Of a stretch of 64,000 nucleotides of DNA, positions 26,135 through 38,000 are shown in pieces; position 1 is the first letter of the stretch, and every line of letters begins with the position of its first letter. The DNA is from Mytilus trossulus (taxonomy: Eukaryota). The notes under the pieces are model-generated. The model did not search any database and was not told the DNA's origin. It saw nothing but the letters and a program-made list of their open reading frames with translations. The DNA lies in NCBI RefSeq assembly GCF_036588685.1, contig NC_086384.1, forward strand, positions 41,168,001 to 41,232,000, read 5' to 3'. The position numbers and the translations under genes are program-made.

Positions 26135-26950
26135 CTATAGAAATAACTGGCTTGTTTGCTATTTTTCCATATTTGCCATATACAAACAACGTATCAATTA
26201 CTCGTTCTTTGTTGATCCGATTCTGTGTTTGGTAATCAGATATACCCTCAACGAAAGGTTCACAAAAGAGGATCCTATGTCAGACTGTAGTCCTTAAAGT
26301 AATGTTCATGCAAGATGATCCATATAAAGTCCTATTCACACATATGAAACCATTCACACGAGCATTTTTCATGTCAAGTATTGTCTGCCTCAATGGCAAA
26401 TAATTACATATCTGTTATTAGCCCATCCGGTAAATATGAATCCGCTATTTCATTTCTTGATTTTGTTTTTTAAATGTAAAATAAGATCTAAATGTATTCG
26501 ATATTGATAGGACTTTAGTAGTTTATTTCTATATGAAATGGATTTCGAATAAACTAATGTGAGAGTTAATTAACAACACAAAACTTCGCGTGCTTTTATG
26601 TATGCAAGTATGGTAAAAATGTTTGACATACAATATTGCTTTGATAAATATCATCAGAATTTAATCCACTCATCAAATTATAAAAAGTGATTAGCATACT
26701 ATCATTGATAATTAGTATAAACATCGCTGCATGATATAGACTTGGAAACATTTCTCATACTAGATACGACACACATTGGATGTAAAACGAACAAAATATA
26801 TCTTCTATAAAATTAAAAATGACTTGAGAGTGTAAGTAAAGGTTATATATTTTACTAGCTTGCTTGCTAGCTAAAACCATGAAATCCTTATAAGGTCATG
26901 TATATAACCTTCTTTCTGAGTTTTCTTGTCCTACAAACAGAGAGTTTGAT

Positions 26951-27173
26951 TACTATAAACCAACTTATTTTCGCGATCGATTTATTTTCGCGACTGTCGC
27001 AAGTAGAAAAATAACGCAAATATAAATAAGTCGCGAATTTGTAAACCTTGGATTTTTCCTTATTAAACTTCATCAAGTAAATCAGAAAATCGCAAAATTA
27101 AATAGCCGCGAAGTGGTCAACAAAGGGTAAAACGCGAAATAAAGTATCAGCGAAAATAAGTTGGTTTACAGTA
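26951..27173. mobile_element. MITE with 24-bp TIRs, TA-flanked (Tc1/mariner-like)
   Basis: TACTATAAACCAACTTATTTTCGC / GCGAAAATAAGTTGGTTTACAGTA (23/24 match); internal TCGCGA motifs. Confidence 0.85.
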
Positions 27174-28426
27174 TCCGTCGTACTTGTCGACTATTGAAGG
27201 AGGATAGTATTCTAACCTTTAAATGACTTCACGATTCAACTAGCAAGCTAACCAAAATATTACATGTGCCTGCACACTCAAGTCATTATGATATAATATG
27301 ATGAGATGACAAGTGCTCAGAAAACAAATGGGTTAAAAAATGAAAAATGAACGAGAAACAAATACGTCATTAACAGCCGATTGTATTGAGTGTGTAGGTA
27401 GAGATAATCTATTTTGTTAGCTTGCTTCCTATCTGAACCGCTAGTTTTCTCATTGGCTTCGGCTTTAATGAGATTTGACTCTGTTCCATCACTCATTAGC
27501 ATCTCACGGCCGTGGTTGGTATATGGTAAACAAAAATTCTAATGACAAAAACTCTTTTTTAGATAAAAGAAAACCAAGGGGATGGTTGTGACATTATCTT
27601 TTGTTTAAACTTTTAACCCGCGTCGCTATAATAAGTCGTGTTTTCACATCTGCCTATATAATCTAGATAAATTAACATTTTGTCTAGTTTTCTATTACTA
27701 TGGAAAATGTAGACAACAAATTCAAAATTATACTGAAATTTTTATTTACTCAAAGCAAAATGGATTGAACACAAGTAAGCCAAACTTATGAAGTCCTGTC
27801 CGAACAACAATACATTATTATACAATATTAACATAAGCATGCAACAGTACAAAATATAAAATTGAGAATGGAAATAGGGAATGTATCAAAGAGACAACAA
27901 CCCGACCATAGAAAAAATAACAGAAGAAGGTCACCAACAGGTCTTCAATGTAACGAGAAATCCCCGCACCCGGAGGCGATACAATACTTTACGTATCTAT
28001 CAATTTAAAAAGATGGAACAAAAATAACGTAAGTTTTTTTTAATAATGCTGATGATGATGGTGATGACGTGGATGTACAGCCTACTAGTATACACTTCTA
28101 CATAACAAGAAATCTCTCAGACCTTTAAATAAATTCGAATAAATGTTAAAAAAAATGACCTTTTGTTTATACGAAAGATTCGGATTACCAGATATTCGGG
28201 ATAAGGTCATCAGGAAGCCATCTTAGATTTTTTATCAGAATTTCTCTCTGGTGTGTATATAAATAACATTTTATTCATTGGTTATAAATATCAGTGGAAC
28301 AAACAATAACGATGGCTTTAAAATACCAAAAAAATGGGACGGTCTTGATAATACAAAGAAGAATCTGTGGATGAATCACAATAAAAGTAACAATAACTTT
28401 TTGTAACTTTTAAAATGTGTATATAT

Positions 28427-28940
28427 ACTCATCATATAATCCAGGATTAAATATTGTATTTACGCCAGACGCACGTTTCGTCTACACAAGACTCATCAGT
28501 GACGCTCGAATCCAAAAAAGTTAAAAAGGCCAAATAAAGTACAAAGTTGAGGAGCATTGAGGACCAAAATTCCTAAAAGTTTTGCCAATTACAACTAAAG
28601 TAATCTATTCCTGAGGTAGAAAATCCTTAGTTTTTCAAAAATTTAAATGTTTTGTAAACAGTTAATGTATAGATATTGCCATATCAATGATAATTCATGT
28701 CGGCACAGAAATGCTGACTACTGGCCTTGAAGGCATAAAACTTTGCTCAGTGCTCGGAGCACAAAAATCATGCTCGAAACAGGAAATCCAGCAATATGAT
28801 TGGTTGATTTTCGAGTCTGAGTACAAAAATCATGCTCGAAAGTTTTATGACCGTGAGGCCTGGACTGGTGATACTCTCCGGTAATTAAAACTCCACCAGC
28901 AGTGGTTTCGACCAATTGGTTGTAAATAAACTCATCATAT
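28427..28940 (+). repeat. Interspersed repeat family 'ACTCATCATAGATACCAG...CGCCAGACGCGCGTTTCGTC'; other copies at ~1646-1870, 2370-2455, 7860-7975, 16500-16710, 44130-44240, 51220-51520
   Basis: Multiple similar copies in both orientations within the window. Confidence 0.8.
28724..28859. mobile_element. Small MITE with a CTG TSD (PIF/Harbinger-like) inside a copy of an interspersed repeat
   Basis: Imperfect 20-bp TIR (15/20); CTG at 28721-28723 and 28860-28862. Confidence 0.65.
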
Positions 28941-29021
28941 ATAATATCCCATTCTTCAAAATATATATATACTATCAATCTCAATCAAAATGTTTTGCAG
29001 AAGAGATATATGTTAATTATA

Positions 29022-32000
29022 TCAACGATAATGATCGATGTGAACAGTACCGATGATGATAGCTCCAGTATAGCCAATGTAAGCCGACGACGGCCGTGGA
29101 TCATCCGCACAAGTAAGGCGGCGGATTGTAGATGATAAGACCTCTTTGTCCACCGTCAGGATTTTTTTTAATTCTTCAATTCTCTGTTCAATATCAATTG
29201 TCATATTTGCAACTAGGGAGCATGCACAAATGCAAAGATTAGATGTTGTGCCGGAAGGTGACAACGTGGTGGTTTCTTCAACTTTTTGAGTATTGGTTGT
29301 AGTCTCCATGACGATGGTTGTTGATGTTGATATGTCGCTCGATTTTAGTTCAGGTGTTGATATCACTTCCGTTGTTGTTTGGGATGTTTCTACTAATACA
29401 AAATGAATTCTAATGACTTTATAGTTGTAATTAAGGAATGAGCTTCACTAGATTTTATTACAAACTTCAACATTTCAGTTATTTCATTTATACTGCAACT
29501 AGTTGTGTTTATTTCCTAAATATAATAACATAGCTTTGAGTTGTGCAATGTCAATTTCATCATGGAACACCTTTTCCGCGATCAAGGGTTCGTTAAGGGA
29601 CAAAAATAAGTTTGAAAGGAGTAGGTCCGGTAAGACCACTTTTTGGCCCCAAAATATAGCAGTTTTACAAAATTGTTAAAATGTAAACTTTTATAAATTA
29701 ATTGAACAGTAGAATGCTTCTGCTACATAGATATGGGCTGCTTTTGACAATACACTGCACATATATCGGGTACTAGCACCATTAAGTCATGATAAATCAC
29801 TGAAATCTTCACAATTCTAGCAGTTTATTAAAACTTTAGACGGATTTCGTATAAAACGAAAGTGGCCGCATTCGTGTTCATCCTTAATATTAAAATGAAA
29901 GTTGTATTTTATGATAATACATAACATATATAAAGGTTGATGATGAACAGGGATGCGGCCACTTTCATTTTTGACAAAAACCATCTGAAAAGTGGCATTT
30001 TTGGCATATTTGGTAGATTTTTCATATTTGAGCTTGAATCGGATCGTTTTTAATGACAAAATCAGTTAAAATCTTTCACATAAACTAATTGAATCAAATA
30101 GAATAAACACTTAAGTGTTTAAAAAGTGGTCAACATCTTTCGGCAGATGAACCTGAAATTTGAGGCCAAAATCGGTCCTTACCGGACAGTTTACGGATTG
30201 GATCATATTTTTTAAATTCATACTTTTCTATGAATGCTGATTTATATGTCAAAAATAATAGATTGTGAGCATGTATTCTATTGGCGAAACGGATTGCTTT
30301 TAGACTTATTTGGTCATCTTAGCGTTTTTCTGAATATCACTTTGAAGTAAAGCTTAAATCTATAAAAAAAAATATGAACATTTGGGATATAGTGTAAATA
30401 TTTTACGAGAGAAAAAAAAACTATTTATTTTTTTGCCTGACGGAGTATAACCTAAGTTTTTTTTTAACAATCTCAACATGTATTACGTATATAGTACTAC
30501 ATGTATGTAGGTTTTGTTTTGGATAGCATTCATTTTTGTATTGAAATGATACAACATTCTACATCCATTTGTGCATTTTGTTGATGGTAGGTACATCATT
30601 ATTTATGGCAATTTGTACGTCGAATATCTTTTTTTAAATTATGCCCCTCTTATGGTGTCCACGTATTAACCTAATCACATATTGTATGTCAACATAATAA
30701 TGAAATCATCATTTTTTTTTAATAATCATGAAATATTTGGTCTGCTTATAATCAATCAATCACTATATAAACGGCAAAGAATCACATAATCAAAAAGCCC
30801 ACGAGGAGGCTCTTGTATGTATTGACACCTTCAATCATAAGCCATGACAAATAATAAAATGCGTAATCTATACAAGTGAGACAGTGAGCGTTCGTTTAAC
30901 TTACTACTACAGACTGGTGCACTGTAGTCCCAAAATCCATACATTTGACAAGTTCTCGTTAGATTTCCGGACACCAACACACGGCCTATGTCACAGGTGT
31001 AATGACATGTGTCACCATATATATCTCCGGTTTGACTTATCAACGTTGATCCATCGTAAACGACTGGTGTTTGACATCGTGTGACTGAAAAGGAAAAGGG
31101 AGATATAGATTACAAAAACAATGTCTCTGAATCACACAAAGGAACACACAGTCTTTGTGTAACTCTATACCGGGGTTCATGTTATTCTATTCAGAATTTT
31201 CATGTGTTATTTTTTAAGGTCACCATCACGAATTTGTAAATTTGCGATGCCCTCATGGTCTACGTAGCCACATAATCACTGAATCATATATCATAATTGA
31301 AGCAAGATAATAAAAAATACAGTCGAAGATTATCAAATAATCGAACAAACATAAAATATTTGTTCTGGTAAACTTGCCGTGTCGAGTCAACGGATTTTAT
31401 AATTTTTGTTGTTGAAATCCATAAGCTACTGTTGTTTCTAATGGCCACCAGCTATATGATTGGGACTATGATAATTCGTTTACAAACAGCAAACGTGTAG
31501 CGTTGGAGCACTTTTTGTACCTGTCAGGTACACACTTCCTATTTTTCGATACTTTGAAAAATTCAATAGACTGATCATCAACAAGTGAACTTTTTATTAA
31601 CTCACAGCAGTTATACAGTGGTAAGTTGTAACGGTGAGTATGTTTTGAATCCGTAAAAAAACCTACCTCAACCTTGTCAATATGTTAAAATGCACTAAAA
31701 AACCTTGTATGCATACTAGTACATTTTAACAACTGAAAAAAAATAAGTAAATATTTGGTCAGCTGGTTGTAAGTGATTCTCTAAAACTGTAGATATGCCA
31801 GACATTAATTTTTTACCCATATATTGCCAATGACGGATGTGGCTTAACTTAGAGCGACAACACTTGCATTCTTGGCACACATTAGCGATTCATAATTAAA
31901 AAAACAAATTTCATCTCGTTCCTCACTTGGAAAGAATCAGTTTAACAAACAGTATACTGAACAAAATTTGAATCTCAAATTTCTCCTTTTGTGAAACAGT

Positions 32001-35000
32001 AAATAAACTCATCATAGAGTCAGCGTTCTAACCGACTGAGCAAAGGAAGTACCCCTTAGCACAACTTCTTATAACTGGCTAAGTATCTTTCACTTAAAAG
32101 ATTTTGTTGTAAAATAATTTTATACTTACTTTTTGATATGTATTTTAACAATTTATGAATGCAGTAGATGTTTATATCCTTTCCTTGTGGTCTGGTGATA
32201 GTTGTGCGCGACAGTTGCCACATATGGAGTAGGATATGCTTACCCTTCTGGTGCACTTGAGATCATCCCCAGTTTTTGGTGGGGTGCGTGTTGCTTAGTC
32301 TTTAATTTTCTATGTTGTGTCTTAATATTTGTCCGTTTGTCTTTTTCATTTTAAGTCATGAGGTTGTCAGTTTAATTTCGATCTATGAGTTTCTCCCTCT
32401 AGTATCTTTCGCCCCTCTTTTTTTTTATTTCCAGATATGTCATTATACATATTTAACATTGAAAAGAAGTTACTGGATCAAGCACATACAAAATGCAGAG
32501 AGGTAAAACATGTTAACTCACCTTTTCTAACCGTTGAGCAAATTGACATGAGTGACAATGTGCAAGTATAGTCTCTCCAAAGACCATACGGCTGCTTAAT
32601 GATAACACAATTGTCTACATTGTTATCCAACGGGTATGAATCGCTGACATCCCAATTCGTCCAGTCTTGTAGCACTCCGTAATGTGTGTACACACCATTT
32701 GTTCCACTTGGGGTTTCTTTATATCCTATATGGTAATAAGTCCCTGTATGTGATAGGTTTCTGAATGAATAAAGTGAATAGAAAATATATTATTAAACCT
32801 GACTTAACGACCACCTGTATAATGAGACCAAGCTGTATCTCCCAATTATTTATCCCCCAAATAAAATTTCTTAATATTTTGAAAGAATGAAGGGACCACC
32901 TTTTTCTATAGACAACATCTTATCATGACCAGTGTACGCATAATTTGGTTAATAGCATCAATTCACACTATGGTAAACGACCACATGTCACTATGGAGAC
33001 TAGGCAACTAGTGAAAAAGTAGTTTCGCACTTCCATTATCAACCGGAAGATGTTAAAATTAATAATAAGATAATAAGACTTTTATGTTATATTTTGCACT
33101 TGACCATTTATTAAGAATTTGACTTCATTTTTTTTTTAAATGCATTTTTTATGTTCAAATGTATTTTAATTGCCATTAGTTATTTGAATTGTAATAATGC
33201 TTAGAGCAAATTAATTGACATAAAACGATCGATGATAATCAAAATGTGAAGAAAAATAGCAATGTTTAAATGGGGATGTGGTGGTGTTACATACCGTTTA
33301 TTAAATCCATCCAAATTATTAAAAATATTCCACTCAAAGTAGAGCAAGGGATCGTGTTTAACTTGCAATGAGTGAGAATTTTTATGTTCCGTAATGAAGG
33401 CTTCAAGATGAAAAACAACAATAAAAGTGCTGTTCCTTTGCTTTGAATGAGTAATATTTTGTGCATGTACTTATTTTAAGATTATACAACCCTCTTTTCT
33501 AGTTTTAGTAAACTATCGAATAGAAAGTTGTTGCAGTTTCCGCACTTGAACAACAATAATCTAAATGAAATAAAACGTCAGATTATATTGATTGATTGTT
33601 GGTTGCTTTACGCCGCATTAGCACAACAGCGACGTAAGATTAAAAACAGTTGTCGAGCTTGTATAGATATAGTTATTTCTAAATAAGAAGTAGATTGATT
33701 TACCACGGAACCAACGATACACATCAAATCCAGTAAAGTGACCATGTTCATGGGTACATAAGATACCGCCTTTATTTTATTTTATTGACTTTATTACATA
33801 CCGCACTTTAATTAACCAATTAACCACTCGTTGTGTTTTTAAATCTGGGATAACGGAATATTCAAGGTCACATGCATTTGTAGATTGTAGTTGGGTACAT
33901 AAGATACCGCCTTTATTTTATTTTATTGACTTTATTACATACCGCACTTTAATTAACCAATTAACCACTCGTTGTGCTTTTAAATCTGGGATAACGGAAT
34001 ATTCATGGTCACATGCATTTGTAGATTGTTGTTGGGTACATAAGATACCGCCTTTATTTTATTTTATTGACTTTATTACATACCGCACTTTAATTAACCA
34101 ATTAACCACTCTTTGTGCTTTTAAATCTGGGATAACGGAATATTCAAGGTCACATGCATTTGAAGATTGTAGTTGGGTACATAAGATACCGCCTTGATTT
34201 TATTTTATTGACTTTATTACATACCGCACTTTAATTAACCAATTAACCACTCTTTGTACTTTTAAATCTGGTATAACGGAGTATTCAAGGTCACATGCAT
34301 TTGTAGATTGTTGTTGGGTAGATAAGATACCGCCTTTATTTTATTTTATTGACTTTATTACATACCGCACTTTAATTAAACAATTAACCACTCTTTGTGC
34401 TTTTAAATCTGGGATAACGGAATATTCATGGTCACATGCATTTGTAGATTGTAGTTGGGTACATAAGATACCGCCTTTATTTTATTTTATTGACTTTATT
34501 ACATACCGCACTTTAATTAACCAATTAACCACTCTTTGTGCTTTTAAATCTGGGATAACGGAGTATTCAAGGTCACATGCATTTGTAGATTGTTGTTGGG
34601 TAGTGTCAATCCAGTAACAGTATAGATTTAGCCCGACTAAGTATGACACGCCATTATCCTTACAATCTCCATAGTTAAACTCGATAACTAAAACACAAAT
34701 ATGTCAACTATAGATATAAACTAATCAATCATTTTCTACATTTATAAATGCCTGTACCAAGTCAGGAATATGACAGTTGTTGTCTATTCGTTTTTGATGC
34801 GTTTTGTTATTTGATTTTGCCATGTGATTATGGACTTTCCGTATTGATTTTCCTCTGAGTTCAGTATTTTTGTGATGAACTGACCAGACACGCTTCAACT
34901 TAAAGCGTATTTTATTGACATTCTATCCACGTCGTTAGGACTTTGTTCGTTAATATAATGCAATTTGGAGCGACTGTCATACAATTGAGAGGTTTAGCGA

Positions 35001-38000
35001 GCTATAAAAACCATGTTCAATTCACAATTTTCTACATAAGACAATGCCTGCACCAAGTCAGGCATATTACAGTTGTTATACATTCGCTTGATGTGTTTTT
35101 GCTTTTGGTTTTGACATTTGATTAGAGTTCAGTATTTTTATTATTTTACTTTTTGGATATTTATCTCATTGGTAATCAGTAAACATTTTCATATTCTATT
35201 TTCAGGAAGGTTAAAACTATCATTCTTGAAGATTGCTTTTTACTTTAAACTTACAAAAACAAATTAGTTCATTAACCTTATATTTTTAAGTATAAAATAT
35301 TGATGTCATCAAAAATGAACGAAAGCTTAAAACCCTTTTTTCAAAATTATTCTAATCATAAATAAAGCTGTCCATACTTAAAATAGTGTGTTTCGATGTT
35401 TTTGGACAAAATGTCTTAAACGAATCTAATTATAAACGTTTGCATCAACATTTTTTTTTATTTTAGTCGTAAAATATGTTTCCCTACAGAAAAAAAATCC
35501 CCATAAAAGAAGAATGGTATTTTTTTAACACAAATATATTTACCTAAAGAGCAAAAAGCTTCCCGGTAGAGCGTACAAAGTATGGAATCCCAATGTCCGT
35601 CTTTGAAGCCAACACAGGTTTTAGTAGTATCCATCGCCGATATAAACGCAGAATAATTCTGTGGCTCACCATTTACCTCTCTTATAACTGTGTAATCTAC
35701 GGATGAGCTGTAGTCGATTGTGTATCCAATGTGATACATGATATTTGCAGTTCCCCTGCAAAAAGATAATAGATACCATTGTTGTACGAATACCCTTCGA
35801 ATTTTTATATGGAGCTAAATAAACTGATTCCTGGTCAATTATTTATCAACAAACATTTTTAAATACTGCTTAACTTATCTTAACTTTTTTGTTTGATTTA
35901 TTGATTTATTGATTTAATGATTGATTGGTCGATTTATACATTTATTATAGGTGTTTGTTTGTTTGTTTGTTTTTGTTTACTTTAATATAATTCATTAGTT
36001 TTATTTACTTTTCTCCTTTACTGCGGACAGAATCTTTGTCAATCTAATGGACAATTATTTAGTCGAACATGTAGCCGAGCCGGCAATGTACCGTTGTTTG
36101 TATGGAATTTTGTGAAGCGTAGGTATCCAATACAAACAAGGTTAGTCCTCCAATTTGCTGTTCAATGTGATGTTCATTTCAGCCTTATCAATGATATCGT
36201 CGCCGGGCTTCTAAAATGTCGTATTTGACTTTTTTGGCTAAAAATACTTTTTAACACCAATGGTCTGGTCGGGAGGAAATCTTTGGTATTACAAAATAGC
36301 AAACAGTTGGACCAATCAAAAAGTGTGAAATAAGACATTTACAAAATTGCCAATGTCAGTTGTTTGTAAAATTTGCTTCCAAAATGTTGTATGCAAACTT
36401 GAAAATCGTTGTAGAATGGCTTTGGGAAAAAAAGAATTTTACATTTCTTGTCAATTTATGAATGCAATGACTGATGTTTTATATGTTCTGATTGCTTTAA
36501 CTCATTCTGACAAAGTTTAAAGTTGAACATCTTCACGTTTATTCCATGGTCTAGCGTAGTGCTCAAACGAATCAATTATTATTTGGAAGTTATGGTTCCA
36601 ATTTATGTGTTAAAGTTCTCTAAACTTTTGACCATTGGATATAATATTTTGGAGATGTTCATGCTGAATAAATATGTGTATATCCCCAGTAATAGCATGG
36701 TCAGAGTGGGTTATCTTGTAGTCTATCACAAAACTGCAACCTCAAATGCACTCGTTCGTTAATTTTTGGTCTTTATTTGTGTTTGACCCTGCAATATCAA
36801 TGTTTGGGAAACTTTGATATACTAGGTATAAAATGAGGGCCCATTCATTTCTGTCTTCTGTAAATGTTGATTATTTGTTCTACCTTTTATCCTTTTTGTC
36901 CATTATTCTCTTAATCATATTTTTTTGTCTTTTTTCCCTATTCTGAATATTTTGTAACCGTTTTTCTCTGATTTGTAACCTCCCACCCGTAACCTCATAT
37001 ATTTAGAAAAAAGAGAAGTCTCTTATATTTGTATAACATGTGTCCAGTCCATTTTGATATTTTTGTACCAAATATACGTAAACTGAACCGGGATGTAGAA
37101 AGATTTTAATTAACGATCATTTGATATCTGGTGGAAGGGATTTGTTTTTAAAGTGATCTGTAACTTGGTTTAGGAAGAACAGAAAATGAATGTCTTTAAA
37201 CACGGCAAGATGGTCGCAAAAAATACAGGACAGTTGAGACTATACATGTACAAAAAAAGAAAGATAGATCTAAAATAAACAGCCACGGAAAATTCAAATT
37301 ATGCATGGAAAACAAATGAATCCAAAATCCCAAAATTAACCCCCTGTACCACCCGCCTCCTTCTCCCAAACGAATATCAAATACCCCTTCCCCTCTTATG
37401 TCACTTTATTTCATTTCGTAGCCCATGTTCAGACAAATCTTCTTAAAACATCTATGATAAGATTGCACGTTAAATTAAATTGATAGATGGCTATGTTGAT
37501 CATTATAAAACCTACTAAATTGGCTATAAATGTTTGCCATACCTTGTTAATGCTAACTGATATAAAATATCATTTGCACCACTGTCTGGTACCCATGCAT
37601 AATCATAATCTCCACAATGAGTCGTGCCATGTTGAAGAGGCACAAAATCTATCCAGTAACATATGACAAAATGTCCATATGTATAAGAGGCTCCGCCTTC
37701 TTGACAATCACCATACTCGTATATGTTTTCTAGGAAGAGAAAAGAAGAAGAAAATATTCCAAGATGTATTACAAGAAGAAGAAAAATTACAAGTTGCTTG
37801 AAAGTATATTGATATCAAGATAAATTTTTTTTACAAACAAGTTTGCAGGAGAGTTGTTCACTTTTTAAAAATATAATTACAATTTTGTTCATCAACACAT
37901 TTCCATGTATTTTAAAACAAATTATTTCAAAACGTCACTCAACATTCGGTTTCTGTAAGAATATGACGTCACATGACTAATGGTAACATGTCTTCATTTT

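Noticed and set aside
33752-34602. CRISPR-like array
   Set aside because: The units are wholly repeated with no unique spacers, derive from a host exon, and the context is eukaryotic with no cas genes.
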